A stretch of DNA of 64,000 nucleotides from a candidate division WOR-3 bacterium (GCA_016936155.1 JAFGPO010000139.1:156-64155), one strand, 5' to 3'; shown: positions 26,143 to 35,598, counted from the stretch's first letter. Notes: a model not told the origin generated them from the sequence alone. A program made the numbers and translations.

Positions 26143-26878
26143 AATCCGGCTCCATTATACAAAGCCATACTGGCTGATAGCCAATTTTGTTACACCGCTA
26201 TTCTATTTAGCGTTCTTTGGAGTTTTATTTTCCAACGCGATCAATACTGTAACTTTTCATGGCTCTGAATTCAGTTATCTTCATTTTTTTATTCCCGGGC
26301 TTATCGCTATGCAATCCTTTTTATCATGGTCCCACACACTTGCGCTCGTGAACCTTGATCGACGAGCCCGCGTTCTTGAAGTGATTTCCATGTCCTCGAC
26401 ACATCTTGATGAATATTTTTATGGACGTCTCATTGGCACACAAATTCTGGTCATTATCAAGACCTCGGTATTGCTGGGTATTGCAGTAATATTCTTTAAT
26501 TTTCCCGTAAGGTGCGTATACAGCATAGTAATCTTCGTTCTATTATTGATCATAAGTAATTGCATATGGTTCAATATTGGATTCATATTGGGATTCCTGA
26601 TTCGAACAGAGGACATACGTGACATAGTAATGCAGTTGATTACTCTACCTCTTACCTTTTTGTCCAATATCTATTATCCCGTTGAGAGCCTTACTGGCAT
26701 TTTACGCGCAATTGTATACGCAAATCCATTGACTCACGCCACAACTGTCATTCGTATAGTTCTCCTCATAAATGGAAGCATCCAGATTTCCTCCATCGTC
26801 ATATTGAGCATATACTTCACTATTACTATTATACTGGTTTATATAGGTCTACATAAATTCTGCGCTCGTCTGGAGTAG
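26120..26878 (+). CDS. ABC-2 family transporter permease
   Basis: 252 aa with about 6 hydrophobic segments. Overlaps the ATPase gene by 23 nt. Confidence 0.75.
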   Translation: MLAILWREIRLHYTKPYWLIANFVTPLFYLAFFGVLFSNAINTVTFHGSEFSYLHFFIPGLIAMQSFLSWSHTLALVNLDRRARVLEVISMSSTHLDEYFYGRLIGTQILVIIKTSVLLGIAVIFFNFPVRCVYSIVIFVLLLIISNCIWFNIGFILGFLIRTEDIRDIVMQLITLPLTFLSNIYYPVESLTGILRAIVYANPLTHATTVIRIVLLINGSIQISSIVILSIYFTITIILVYIGLHKFCARLE

Positions 26879-26933
26879 TAGATATTCCAAATGGTTCTAT
26901 CGATATAGCTAAACGACATAAAAATCTGTCACA

Positions 26934-28084
26934 ATGGCAATGATTGAATCATCGCCATTATGGAAGAACCGATCGTTTATACTCTACCTGGTTGGTCAGT
27001 CGATCTCTGCGCTCGGCGATGACTTCTATCTCATCGCATTCATGTGGCTTGCAATGGAGATCTCCGGTGGCAGGGGAATTGCGGTTGGTGGTATTTTCAG
27101 CATTTATATGCTCAACGAAGTTGTATTTGGGTTTATTGCTGGACCGATCGCCGATAGAATAAACAAAAAGAGACTATTGATTTTTGTCGATGTCATACGC
27201 GGCTTGTTTGTCGTAATCCTGTTCATGCTCGTAAGGCGTGGAATGGCAACCATTACGCAGCTCTATGTTATCACGTTTTGCTTTTCGTTGGTCTCGCCAT
27301 TCTTTCATCGGACCGAATTCACCATAATCCCCTTTATTCTGGACGCAAAAGTGCTGCTGCGTGGCAATGGAACACTGGCTGGGTTCCGGCGCCTTATGCA
27401 GGTGATCGCTCCGGCAATAGGTGGTGTGGTCATTGCCCTGATTGGCATTGAGAGTTGTTTCCTCATCGATAGTATAACCTTCTTCATTTCATCGGTATGC
27501 ATCGCAGGTGTGGCTGTAAAGCAAGTCCAGCAGAAAAAGGAAGTTCTTACCTTGGAGGCCCGATACTGCCATTGTTGCCTCTGCTCGCTCAGAAGAGAGA
27601 TGTCGGGGCTTCCGGGTATGGTATCATGATGAGCGCTCTTTCCGTGGGTCTCATTGTTTCTGGATTCATTATTGGATTTTTTGAAAAGTGTTTCAGCAAG
27701 ATACGGTTGATTTTGGTTGGTTTGTTATTATCATCAATATCCATTCTCTTGATTGGCGTATATCCCCGCGCTTTTGTAATCGTCGGATCGATGTTCCTGC
27801 TTGGTCTAGGTTTGAATATTTCCAATTTACCTATCATTACTCTTTTTCAAACCAAAGTTAATCCGGCAAAAATTGGTGTTGTCTCGAGTTTTGTATTTAC
27901 AATTGCCCAGGCCGCACAGCCGATTTCCATTGCTTTAAGCGGTATTCTCGCGGATTTCATCATCTTGAATACCTTATTTATTATAATTGGAACTCTGTTA
28001 CTCCTTGGAACCATAATCGGCTTTCTCCTCGCGCAATTTAGAGAAAACAAGACCATCTTCATTAATATCAAAGAATCGCATTAA
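26934..28084 (+). pseudogene. MFS transporter (MFS_3 / EntS-like), disrupted
   Basis: Two overlapping ORFs in different frames (26934..27629 and 27497..28084). The N-terminal half has about 6 TMs and the C-terminal half only about 5. The frame change lies near the A5 run at 27533-27538. Confidence 0.6.
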
Positions 28085-28120
28085 TAAATGAATAATATCT
28101 CAAAACAATCATATTCAAAA

Positions 28121-28155
28121 TTGAACAAATTGGGGCCTGTCCCCATTTTGTTCAA
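28121..28155. repeat. REP-like palindromic hairpin (left)
   Basis: TTGAACAAATTGGGG-CCTGT-CCCCATTTTGTTCAA. 15-bp arms with a single mismatch. Confidence 0.7.
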
Positions 28156-28185
28156 TTTCAACTAAGAGAAAAGATAAGAGAATAG

Positions 28186-29055
28186 ATGGCGCGAGGATCT
28201 CGTTTGGTCGCTGCTGGTCTGTACCACCACGTATTTAATCGGGGCAATGATCGCCACCCGATATTTAAGCGGGAGGAGGATTACCACAGGTACTTGCGAT
28301 ATTTAGAGATTTTTAGTCCCACATTCAATATCAACATTGTCGCATTCACGTTGATGGAATGGCACATTCACTTGTTTCTATATGATAGAAAAGGGGAAAT
28401 GTCGTCTTTTATGCATTTGTTGCACGGTAAATACGCACGTTTGTATAATATATGTCACGAAAGGACAGGCCATGTGTTTACCGATCGATTCAAGAACAAA
28501 ATAGTGGATACAAATACATATGGTAAATGGCTATCTCGATATATTCACCGTCAGGCGGTGGATGCTGGCCTTGTAGAAAAGGCAGAGGATTATCCCTGGA
28601 CCAGCTATCATCACTACATCGGTCGAACGGAAATGCGTTTTGTATCTTCTGATACGATACTGGAGCAATTCAGTGAAAATAAGCAAGAACAAGTTTCATT
28701 ATACAGAAAATTCATTGAAGATGAGGAAGCAGGCCCAATAGACTGGAGACAAACGGAAATAAATGTCAATCCTATTATTGGAAATAGAGAATTTATTGAG
28801 AAAATGACTCGAAAATTAGGATTATATGATAAAAAATCATGTGAAATGCAGGATGTAATAGAGAAAATCTGTGTTGATTACGGCGTTAATCTTGACGCTA
28901 TGAAATATCCATCCGGAAATAAAGAACGAGCTACACGTCGGTATTTAATAAAAATGCTAAATCACAACCGCGGGATGAGTGTATCAGCGATTGCAAAAGG
29001 TTTGAATATCTCAAAAGGTCTTGTTTCAATGACATTGAATAATGAGGAATATTAA
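28186..29055 (+). CDS. REP-associated tyrosine transposase (Y1_Tnp / IS200-like) fused to a C-terminal DnaA-domain-IV-like HTH
   Basis: HUH motif WHIHLFL. Catalytic-Tyr context LSRYIHRQAV. The N-terminus YHHVFNRGNDRHPIF is typical of COG1943. The C-terminus RRYLIKMLNHNRGMSVSAIAKGLNISKGLVS resembles Bac_DnaA_C. Confidence 0.8.
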   Translation: MARGSRLVAAGLYHHVFNRGNDRHPIFKREEDYHRYLRYLEIFSPTFNINIVAFTLMEWHIHLFLYDRKGEMSSFMHLLHGKYARLYNICHERTGHVFTDRFKNKIVDTNTYGKWLSRYIHRQAVDAGLVEKAEDYPWTSYHHYIGRTEMRFVSSDTILEQFSENKQEQVSLYRKFIEDEEAGPIDWRQTEINVNPIIGNREFIEKMTRKLGLYDKKSCEMQDVIEKICVDYGVNLDAMKYPSGNKERATRRYLIKMLNHNRGMSVSAIAKGLNISKGLVSMTLNNEEY

Positions 29056-29065
29056 GTAATAATAA

Positions 29066-29100
29066 TTGAACAAAATGGGGACAGGCCCCAATTTGTTCAA
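29066..29100. repeat. REP-like palindromic hairpin (right, inverted copy)
   Basis: TTGAACAAAATGGGG-ACAGG-CCCCAATTTGTTCAA. Exact reverse complement of the left copy. Confidence 0.7.
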
Positions 29101-29124
29101 TTTTGAAGCGAAAAAATAGTTATT

Positions 29125-29826
29125 TTACCCCGATAATTTAAATTGGATTGGTATTGAAACCCAGACCTTTACGGGTTTGCCGGCGTGGCTGGCTGGTTCG
29201 AACACGGATTGTTTCACCGCGGACAGGGCTGCGTTGTCCAGGGATTCATCGCCGCTCGAGGCGTACACTTCAGTTGCGCTGATGCTCCCGTCAAATTCAA
29301 TGAGCGCCCGCACCACGGTCCGGCCTTCAATGCCGTTTTTCCGCGCCTGCTCCGGGTACTCGGGTTTTACGATGTTTACAGGCGTAGGTTTTACGTCGAC
29401 AATATGGTAGGCAATGATATTCGGATCCTTTTCAAGATCTGTTGGTGTTTGGGCATGATGATCAGTCAATGTAAACCTGATCGGGATTGACACCCACACC
29501 CGGACCGGCTTGTCCCCGTGGCGCGCCGGCTTGAACATGGCAGCCTGCACTGCCTCGAGCGCGGCATTGTCCAAAATTTCAAATGAACTGGATTTCTGTA
29601 TCATGGCTTGCTCTATCCTGCCGTCCGCCCCAACCAGCACTTTGGTCAGGATATCGCCCTGAATACCTTGATTTTTCGCTTGTTCTGGGTATACGGGTTT
29701 GGGAAGGGAAATGGGTTTTGGCTTGACCTCGACGTCGTCATACGCCATGACCGGGGCCTGGGATGAACATGTGATGCACAGGCACAAGACTATACTGGTA
29801 ATCGCCAGGACGATCACATTCTTCAT
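29125..29826 (-). CDS. TonB-family protein with two tandem TonB C-terminal domains
   Basis: The unit KP.YPE.A...GI.G...V...I..DG.I......SSG...LD.AAL.AV....F.PA.H.GKPV.VWVSIPI.F occurs twice. N-terminal signal/anchor. Confidence 0.75.
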   Translation of the reverse strand: MKNVIVLAITSIVLCLCITCSSQAPVMAYDDVEVKPKPISLPKPVYPEQAKNQGIQGDILTKVLVGADGRIEQAMIQKSSSFEILDNAALEAVQAAMFKPARHGDKPVRVWVSIPIRFTLTDHHAQTPTDLEKDPNIIAYHIVDVKPTPVNIVKPEYPEQARKNGIEGRTVVRALIEFDGSISATEVYASSGDESLDNAALSAVKQSVFEPASHAGKPVKVWVSIPIQFKLSG

Positions 29827-29948
29827 AATTCCTCCTCAATTAATGATAATGCCGGGTGGATGCTTGTCAAGAGGCGAAAACCATAGAACATTCACTCCTT
29901 GACATGGACAAAAGAACCTCCTACAATATGGAGAAACAAGGAGGCGGT

Positions 29949-31331
29949 ATGGTAACATTACTTGTATATTTTGTGATATCCCAGCAGTGGTCGACGCCGG
30001 TGAATCTGGGCATATCCGGGATCGCCGATATTTACCCGCAAACACACAGGTCCCAGCAATGGTGGACGGATTCCCTGTGCCTCATGTGGCAGGCGTTTCA
30101 GGATGATAACTGGGAGATCTATTCGCGTTTTTCAACGGGATCGGCATGGAGCGATACGATCCGCGTCACCAATGATCCTTCTGATGACATACATCCCAGT
30201 GTCACCTATGACCCTTATTTGCACCGGTTCTGGTGTGTGTGGGAACGTGATGGTGATATCTATGCGTCCTATTACCAGTCACCATCATGGTCGATACCAG
30301 AAGCAATAACCAGCGGACCAGCATATGATCAGGATCCATCCATCTTTTGCCAGGATTCTTTTGTCCGCGTCGTGTGGCAGAGAACAATCAATGATTCCAC
30401 GAATATCTATGCCAGTTATCGCGTGTTATATTCTTCATGGGCTACTCCTGTTCCAATAACCCAGGACCAGGGAATTCCGAACGTCACGCCAAAGCTCAAT
30501 GCGGGCAATAATTACGCGATTGCCGTATGGCAGCATGGAGATGACATATATTACAGCACGAACAGCAGCAATTACTGGACAGCACCGCAGGCGATCACCA
30601 CCACATCGGCGCAGGAAATGTTCCCGGATGTTAATAGTTTTGACAACGGCTCAGTGTGCATTTGCTGGCAGTCTGATTCAACCGGCGATTATGAGATATA
30701 CCGGACTGCTGTAGATACATTCACCACCTATTACCGGGTCACGAATAACACTGCAGATGATTGGAATCCCTGTCCGCTTTTTTATACGATTCCGATTCTG
30801 CAATGGGAAATACCCATGATCCTGTTTGCGAGCAGGCGAAACGGCAACTTTGATATTTTTTCCTGGCTTGATTGGTCCGGAGCGGTTCCTGTGGACACGG
30901 ATCCGGGACAGGATATCAATCCGGTTTGCACGGCCAATTTTGATGTCTACATCTGGGCGCTGTGGCAGAGCGACCGGAACGGTGATTGGGACATCTATGG
31001 TAGTTACCAGTTCAATCCAGGAAGCGTGGCGGAATCAGGTGAAGATCTTGCTGTTCCCTGGTGTACCGTGATCCCGAATCCGTTCCGAACTGAAACGCGT
31101 ATTGCGTATGGCGTAAGGCGTACTACAGCAGATAATACAGAAATCAGGATCTATGATATTGCTGGTATGTTAGTGAAATGTTGCCCTCGCAGTACGCATG
31201 ACGCATTACGCTGTACGATCATCTGGGATGGTACCGATCACTCAGGGCATCCGGTGGCGCCTGGTGTGTATTTCGTGCGGATTGAAACCGATCAAGGGGT
31301 GTTTCCGCGAAAAATCATAAAGATCGATTGA
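29949..31331 (+). CDS. Secreted repeat (beta-propeller-like) protein with T9SS C-terminal sorting domain
   Basis: Start at ATG 29949 after GGAGG. At least 7 repeats of the W(Q/E)..(D/N)..(W)(D/E)IY type. CTD reads NPFRTETRIAYGV...IRIYDIAGMLV...IIWDGTDHSGHPVAPGVYFVRI...KIIKID. Confidence 0.6.
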   Translation: MVTLLVYFVISQQWSTPVNLGISGIADIYPQTHRSQQWWTDSLCLMWQAFQDDNWEIYSRFSTGSAWSDTIRVTNDPSDDIHPSVTYDPYLHRFWCVWERDGDIYASYYQSPSWSIPEAITSGPAYDQDPSIFCQDSFVRVVWQRTINDSTNIYASYRVLYSSWATPVPITQDQGIPNVTPKLNAGNNYAIAVWQHGDDIYYSTNSSNYWTAPQAITTTSAQEMFPDVNSFDNGSVCICWQSDSTGDYEIYRTAVDTFTTYYRVTNNTADDWNPCPLFYTIPILQWEIPMILFASRRNGNFDIFSWLDWSGAVPVDTDPGQDINPVCTANFDVYIWALWQSDRNGDWDIYGSYQFNPGSVAESGEDLAVPWCTVIPNPFRTETRIAYGVRRTTADNTEIRIYDIAGMLVKCCPRSTHDALRCTIIWDGTDHSGHPVAPGVYFVRIETDQGVFPRKIIKID

Positions 31332-31358
31332 CCTGTTTGCTGCAGTCAGTCGCAATGC

Positions 31359-33587
31359 TTATTTTGCGAGGAGCACTTTTTCCGTAAACATCGTTGTCCC
31401 ACTCTGCAGACGGATAAAGTAAATCCCTGCCGGGAGAGCGGTTCCCTTATCATCGGTTCCGTACCACCGCAGGTGCGACGGTTCAATACGTTCCGGGCGC
31501 TGCACGTACGTTCTTACACGGGCTCCGGCAATATCATATATTGAAATCGTAATTTCCGCCTCCGCAGGATAAAAAGAAATTGTCGTGGAGGAGGAAAATA
31601 CGGTTGGTTCCGCCGATAAAAACGGCTGTACCTGAACAATCGGACTAACTTGCTCCTTGATACCAACGGTTACATCCGCAGGTTCCAAGCATGAGTAATC
31701 ACCCCAGTCCCAGATCGTGTTACATCCACGCACCAGATAGTGGTACAAACCGTCTGGATGGTTGGTGAAGCTGTAAAGCGTATCCGGGATGTTGTCGGCG
31801 ACAGTATCGATGTTCGCGAAGATACACGAGGGAGCAATGTCATCAACATAAAAGCCGCCACTCGTCGTGCTTCCATCATACATGCACCGGAATCGCACGT
31901 ATATTGATGTACCTTCCCATGCGGCAAGCGAATACGCGGCGTGGAACCATGCCGTGTTATTGCCCGTGAAGCGCGTGGTATCGAGATTGAACCACTGTTT
32001 GGTATTTTCCGATACTTCCACTACGGCAACGTCGTAGTTGTTCTCAAGGTTGGACCGGTAGAAAAAGGAGACCGAATCCCCGGCGTGCACCAGGTAAGGA
32101 TGTTTTGAGACGAACGCGGTGTTCTGGCGGTTGGTATTCCCGGACCAGAGACTATGGGTTCCCGAGTGCGCCTGGGAAGTGGTCATGGTGAAGCCGTTGA
32201 GCACCCAGCGATCCGATCCGCTCTCAAGGTCATCGGTAATGACTGAGGGATCTGCGAGCTCCACCAGTTCCCAGCAAACGGGATGATTTTCATCTGGATT
32301 GACCGCATGCCATGTTACGCTGAAGTTCGGACCCACGGTTCCTATAGGGTATATGGAGGGCGGCGCGACCTCGCCCTCGCATAGAATTTGGATCGAATCC
32401 CGGCATAGTTCTGCGTACAGTTTTAAACCCTTGAAGTTCTCGCGGCAGATGTGATCAAGATTGCCCACGGGCTGGTAGAACGACGTACCAACTTCAGTCA
32501 AATACGCAAGGCACGGTCGTCCTGAAACCCAGTGTCCGTATGAGTACATCCAGTCAATACTGCCGCCACCCAGGGGATAGAGTACCGAATATGTTTGTCC
32601 GGCATTATAGGTTCCGCCGCTGATACGATTTATTTGATTTGATATCCGCGCGCCGAAGCGCTCAAAAACTGTTGAATCCGGTGAACCAACGGGCGTCCAT
32701 CCCCACGGCCACATTATTACCTCACCATAACTGTGGTAGGACATATTCGCATGGATCTGATGCGCGTAGAAGTACTGCGTGAGACCGCGCGTTTCATCGC
32801 CTGAATTCACATTGGCGCCGCAGAAGGTGGTACTCGATGGGTAGTGGGATGCTTCACCTTCATCTACTGCGCCCCAATCACCTTCAATATCCGGACCGCA
32901 CCCGCCGTAATTACGATTGCAATCCGTTCCAATGTACCCCTGGAATGGTTCGCGATTCTTGCGCCACATATTGCCGGACGGGTAATCATACACAAAACCG
33001 TCCGCATTAATGATCGGAAACAGGTACATTTCCAGATTATCCACCAGATCGGTTATTTCAGGCACCACACCATAACTATTCAGGATCGAGTCAGTAAAAA
33101 AGAGCACGACTTCAATGACCGCCCACTCGCGCGAGTGGTGCAGTGCATCCACGAGCAGACCTGGCTCGTTATCCTCTTCGATATGGGGATTGTCAGAGAT
33201 CTTCACCCCGTACAACCATCGTCCTTCATGCGTTGGGATCGGCAGTGAATCAAATGTGCAGATCGCCGGGAAATCGTTCGCCATATCACGCAGCATGATA
33301 TTCACGGTATCATATGAATGATATTGACCGCGTAGGTGCTCTCTGGCAAGCGCAATGCTTGGTACGGTGATTTCATATGTCAAACCCGATCCGATAATGC
33401 GGTCCATAGTAGTCCGGTCGGTTACGATGTCATACCACTGTCCGCGCTGAACACCTGCGATATCCAGTTCGAATTTCGGCGAGATACGGGATAGATCGTC
33501 CCAGGAGGAGGTGTAAACACGCACGATCATATCCCCGGCATGAGCGATTACAGCCGTACAAAGAATAAGAAGAAAAAGCATTTTCAT
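31359..33587 (-). CDS. M14 family zinc carboxypeptidase with T9SS C-terminal sorting domain
   Basis: Zinc-ligand context HHSREW. INADGFVY and WRKNR motifs. Signal peptide MKMLFLLILCTAVIAHA. CTD reads ISIYDIAGARV...PAGIYFIRL...KVLLAK. Confidence 0.85.
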   Translation of the reverse strand: MKMLFLLILCTAVIAHAGDMIVRVYTSSWDDLSRISPKFELDIAGVQRGQWYDIVTDRTTMDRIIGSGLTYEITVPSIALAREHLRGQYHSYDTVNIMLRDMANDFPAICTFDSLPIPTHEGRWLYGVKISDNPHIEEDNEPGLLVDALHHSREWAVIEVVLFFTDSILNSYGVVPEITDLVDNLEMYLFPIINADGFVYDYPSGNMWRKNREPFQGYIGTDCNRNYGGCGPDIEGDWGAVDEGEASHYPSSTTFCGANVNSGDETRGLTQYFYAHQIHANMSYHSYGEVIMWPWGWTPVGSPDSTVFERFGARISNQINRISGGTYNAGQTYSVLYPLGGGSIDWMYSYGHWVSGRPCLAYLTEVGTSFYQPVGNLDHICRENFKGLKLYAELCRDSIQILCEGEVAPPSIYPIGTVGPNFSVTWHAVNPDENHPVCWELVELADPSVITDDLESGSDRWVLNGFTMTTSQAHSGTHSLWSGNTNRQNTAFVSKHPYLVHAGDSVSFFYRSNLENNYDVAVVEVSENTKQWFNLDTTRFTGNNTAWFHAAYSLAAWEGTSIYVRFRCMYDGSTTSGGFYVDDIAPSCIFANIDTVADNIPDTLYSFTNHPDGLYHYLVRGCNTIWDWGDYSCLEPADVTVGIKEQVSPIVQVQPFLSAEPTVFSSSTTISFYPAEAEITISIYDIAGARVRTYVQRPERIEPSHLRWYGTDDKGTALPAGIYFIRLQSGTTMFTEKVLLAK

Positions 33588-33601
33588 AAGCCCTCTATGA
33601 T

Positions 33602-34885
33602 TTATTCGCGGTGCAGGATCAATTCCAGATCATCGTCCGTGCCGTAGTTCCGGTCAAATCCCGGGCTCTGGAGCGTGATCCCGCGGTCCTGGATGACGTA
33701 TTCCCATGTTTCATTGGTGAACGGGTCGCATGTAACCGCGGGATCGAACGCGTCGAGTATCTCCGGGAAATTGCCGAAGCGATGTGCATGGATGCGCAAG
33801 AGGACTGCGCATAGCACCATGCGTATGCGCGCCTGCTGTTTGAGTTTTCTTGCAAACATGCCCCGGAAATTCGGCATGTAAAGGGCGAAGGAAATGTTCT
33901 TCCGGGCGTAGTCGTCCGGATCACTCTTTTCAAGGGCGGCCAGCACCGCAAGGTCCTCATCAATGCCTTGTTTCCCGGCGGCGCTCTGCCGGGCAGAGGC
34001 GAACATGGTATTTGAATAGCGGATCGCCTTGAGCATGGAATTGCGCGGGGAGAACACGGATCTCCAGCAAATCAAACGTTCGGCAAAATTCTCAAAGACA
34101 TTGTTTTGCAGTACGCCGATGTTCGTGAAAAGAGGATTACCCACTGGCCACCGCGCGACCGTAACCGTCATGCTTGCCTGCTCAAGTTCCAGTGAAGTTA
34201 ACAAAGAGGGCATATCTTTCTCGTACAGGGCAAGGATCGCCTCAAGTGATTCAAGGTTGTCGGTTTCATACGCGTCGTGCGCAAGCGCGATCTCGAGCGT
34301 ACGGAGCTGTACCCCGATCATCACCAGCGAAACCATATAATTAATTAGGATCGGTGAACCGTTGAGAATTCTTTTTGCGAACAGCAGGCCAAGGATATGC
34401 CGGTCAAGGGCTCTGTCCAGAGCGTTTTGTTCCAGGGCGGCAAGCGCTTGCCCGCTGATAAGTTTCGCTGCACTCGAAAGGTGTATATATTCCGGGAGTT
34501 TGGCCAGCGCGCCTTCTTCGTAATCGATCGGTATCCGGCAGTTCGGCTGCATATTGCCCTGGCGTACGAACTCAACGACATCCGGATATGCAGCCAATGC
34601 TACTTCCACTTCCGGGCTCAGTTCGATCTCCTGTTCGATGTACTGCGTTACTGCAAAATCGAATTTTCTGGATTTCATGTCTTCAATGACATGTTTGTAG
34701 TAATCCCAAGCATTATTTGCCGGTTCATTCATATACTTTTTGATGAGTATAAGGGATTTTTCGCTTTCCTTTTTTATCTGTTGCTGCGCGCCCAGATCAA
34801 CGATCCACCCTATGATAAAAATTATAATACACGCACCAATAATGCACAGTGCAAACACTCCGATCGTTCTTAAAGTTTTTTTCAT
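33602..34885 (-). CDS. Hypothetical membrane-anchored protein
   Basis: Start at ATG 34885 after GGAGG. One N-terminal TM (IGVFALCIIGACIIIFIIGWIV). No recognised domain. Confidence 0.45.
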   Translation of the reverse strand: MKKTLRTIGVFALCIIGACIIIFIIGWIVDLGAQQQIKKESEKSLILIKKYMNEPANNAWDYYKHVIEDMKSRKFDFAVTQYIEQEIELSPEVEVALAAYPDVVEFVRQGNMQPNCRIPIDYEEGALAKLPEYIHLSSAAKLISGQALAALEQNALDRALDRHILGLLFAKRILNGSPILINYMVSLVMIGVQLRTLEIALAHDAYETDNLESLEAILALYEKDMPSLLTSLELEQASMTVTVARWPVGNPLFTNIGVLQNNVFENFAERLICWRSVFSPRNSMLKAIRYSNTMFASARQSAAGKQGIDEDLAVLAALEKSDPDDYARKNISFALYMPNFRGMFARKLKQQARIRMVLCAVLLRIHAHRFGNFPEILDAFDPAVTCDPFTNETWEYVIQDRGITLQSPGFDRNYGTDDDLELILHRE

Positions 34886-35031
34886 GAAAACCTCCGGCTT
34901 AAGTATAATGACACCCCACACAGTGTCAAGAAACGAGGTATCGGCTGGAAGAAAAATCCGCTGCGGAAATTTTATCAAACCGATTAAAGAACGTGAATAG
35001 CACGATATTCAATAAAAGGTCAGCAAATGTT

Positions 35032-35598
35032 TTACTGTATGACCAATTCGATCCGGTTATTCTTGGCGCGACCCTCTTCAGTCTCGTTGCTCGTGATCGG
35101 GGATAGGGGACCGACCCCGCTTGCGAACAGCCGGTCCAGATCGATGCCGAATCGGCTGGACAGCGTGTTCATCACCGCCTCAGCACGTTTCTGTGAAGTT
35201 ATCATGCCGGATAATACTCCCGCACTGTTGTCTGTGTGTCCTACAATGTAGATGTTCAGTTTTGGGTGATTCGTAAGCATCTTCGCGATAACTCCCAGAC
35301 AGGAGTCGGATTCGATCGCCAGGGTATTGTCGTTGTTGAATACGATCCCCTGAATGATGATATGACCGTTCAAGTGCAACTGTTCATACAGCGTGACATC
35401 CGGATCGATCATTTCAGTCGCACCGGAGTAGGCGTCCACGGCTTTTTCAGCGGGCGCTTCTGCTTTGGGGGTTCCGGGTATTAGCTCTTCGATCGTTTCC
35501 TGGGATGCCGGTACTTCCTCGATCTGAGCGTAAAGCGTCATGATACCACAAAATAGTGCAAGTAGAAAAACATTCCACATTTTTTTGACATAAGCCAT
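35032..35598 (-). CDS. OmpA/MotB-domain (peptidoglycan-associated) protein
   Basis: The C-terminus IYIVGHTDNSAGVLSGMITSQKRAEAV...GVGPLSPITSNETEEGRAKNNRIELVIQ is a typical OmpA_C-like domain. Confidence 0.8.
   Translation of the reverse strand: MAYVKKMWNVFLLALFCGIMTLYAQIEEVPASQETIEELIPGTPKAEAPAEKAVDAYSGATEMIDPDVTLYEQLHLNGHIIIQGIVFNNDNTLAIESDSCLGVIAKMLTNHPKLNIYIVGHTDNSAGVLSGMITSQKRAEAVMNTLSSRFGIDLDRLFASGVGPLSPITSNETEEGRAKNNRIELVIQ

Larger units (their letters stand above)
28114..29107 (+). mobile_element. RAYT-type (IS200/IS605-like Y1) transposase unit bounded by inverted 44-nt REP-containing repeats
   Basis: 28114-28157 is the exact reverse complement of 29064-29107. One gene lies between them. 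Confidence 0.65.
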
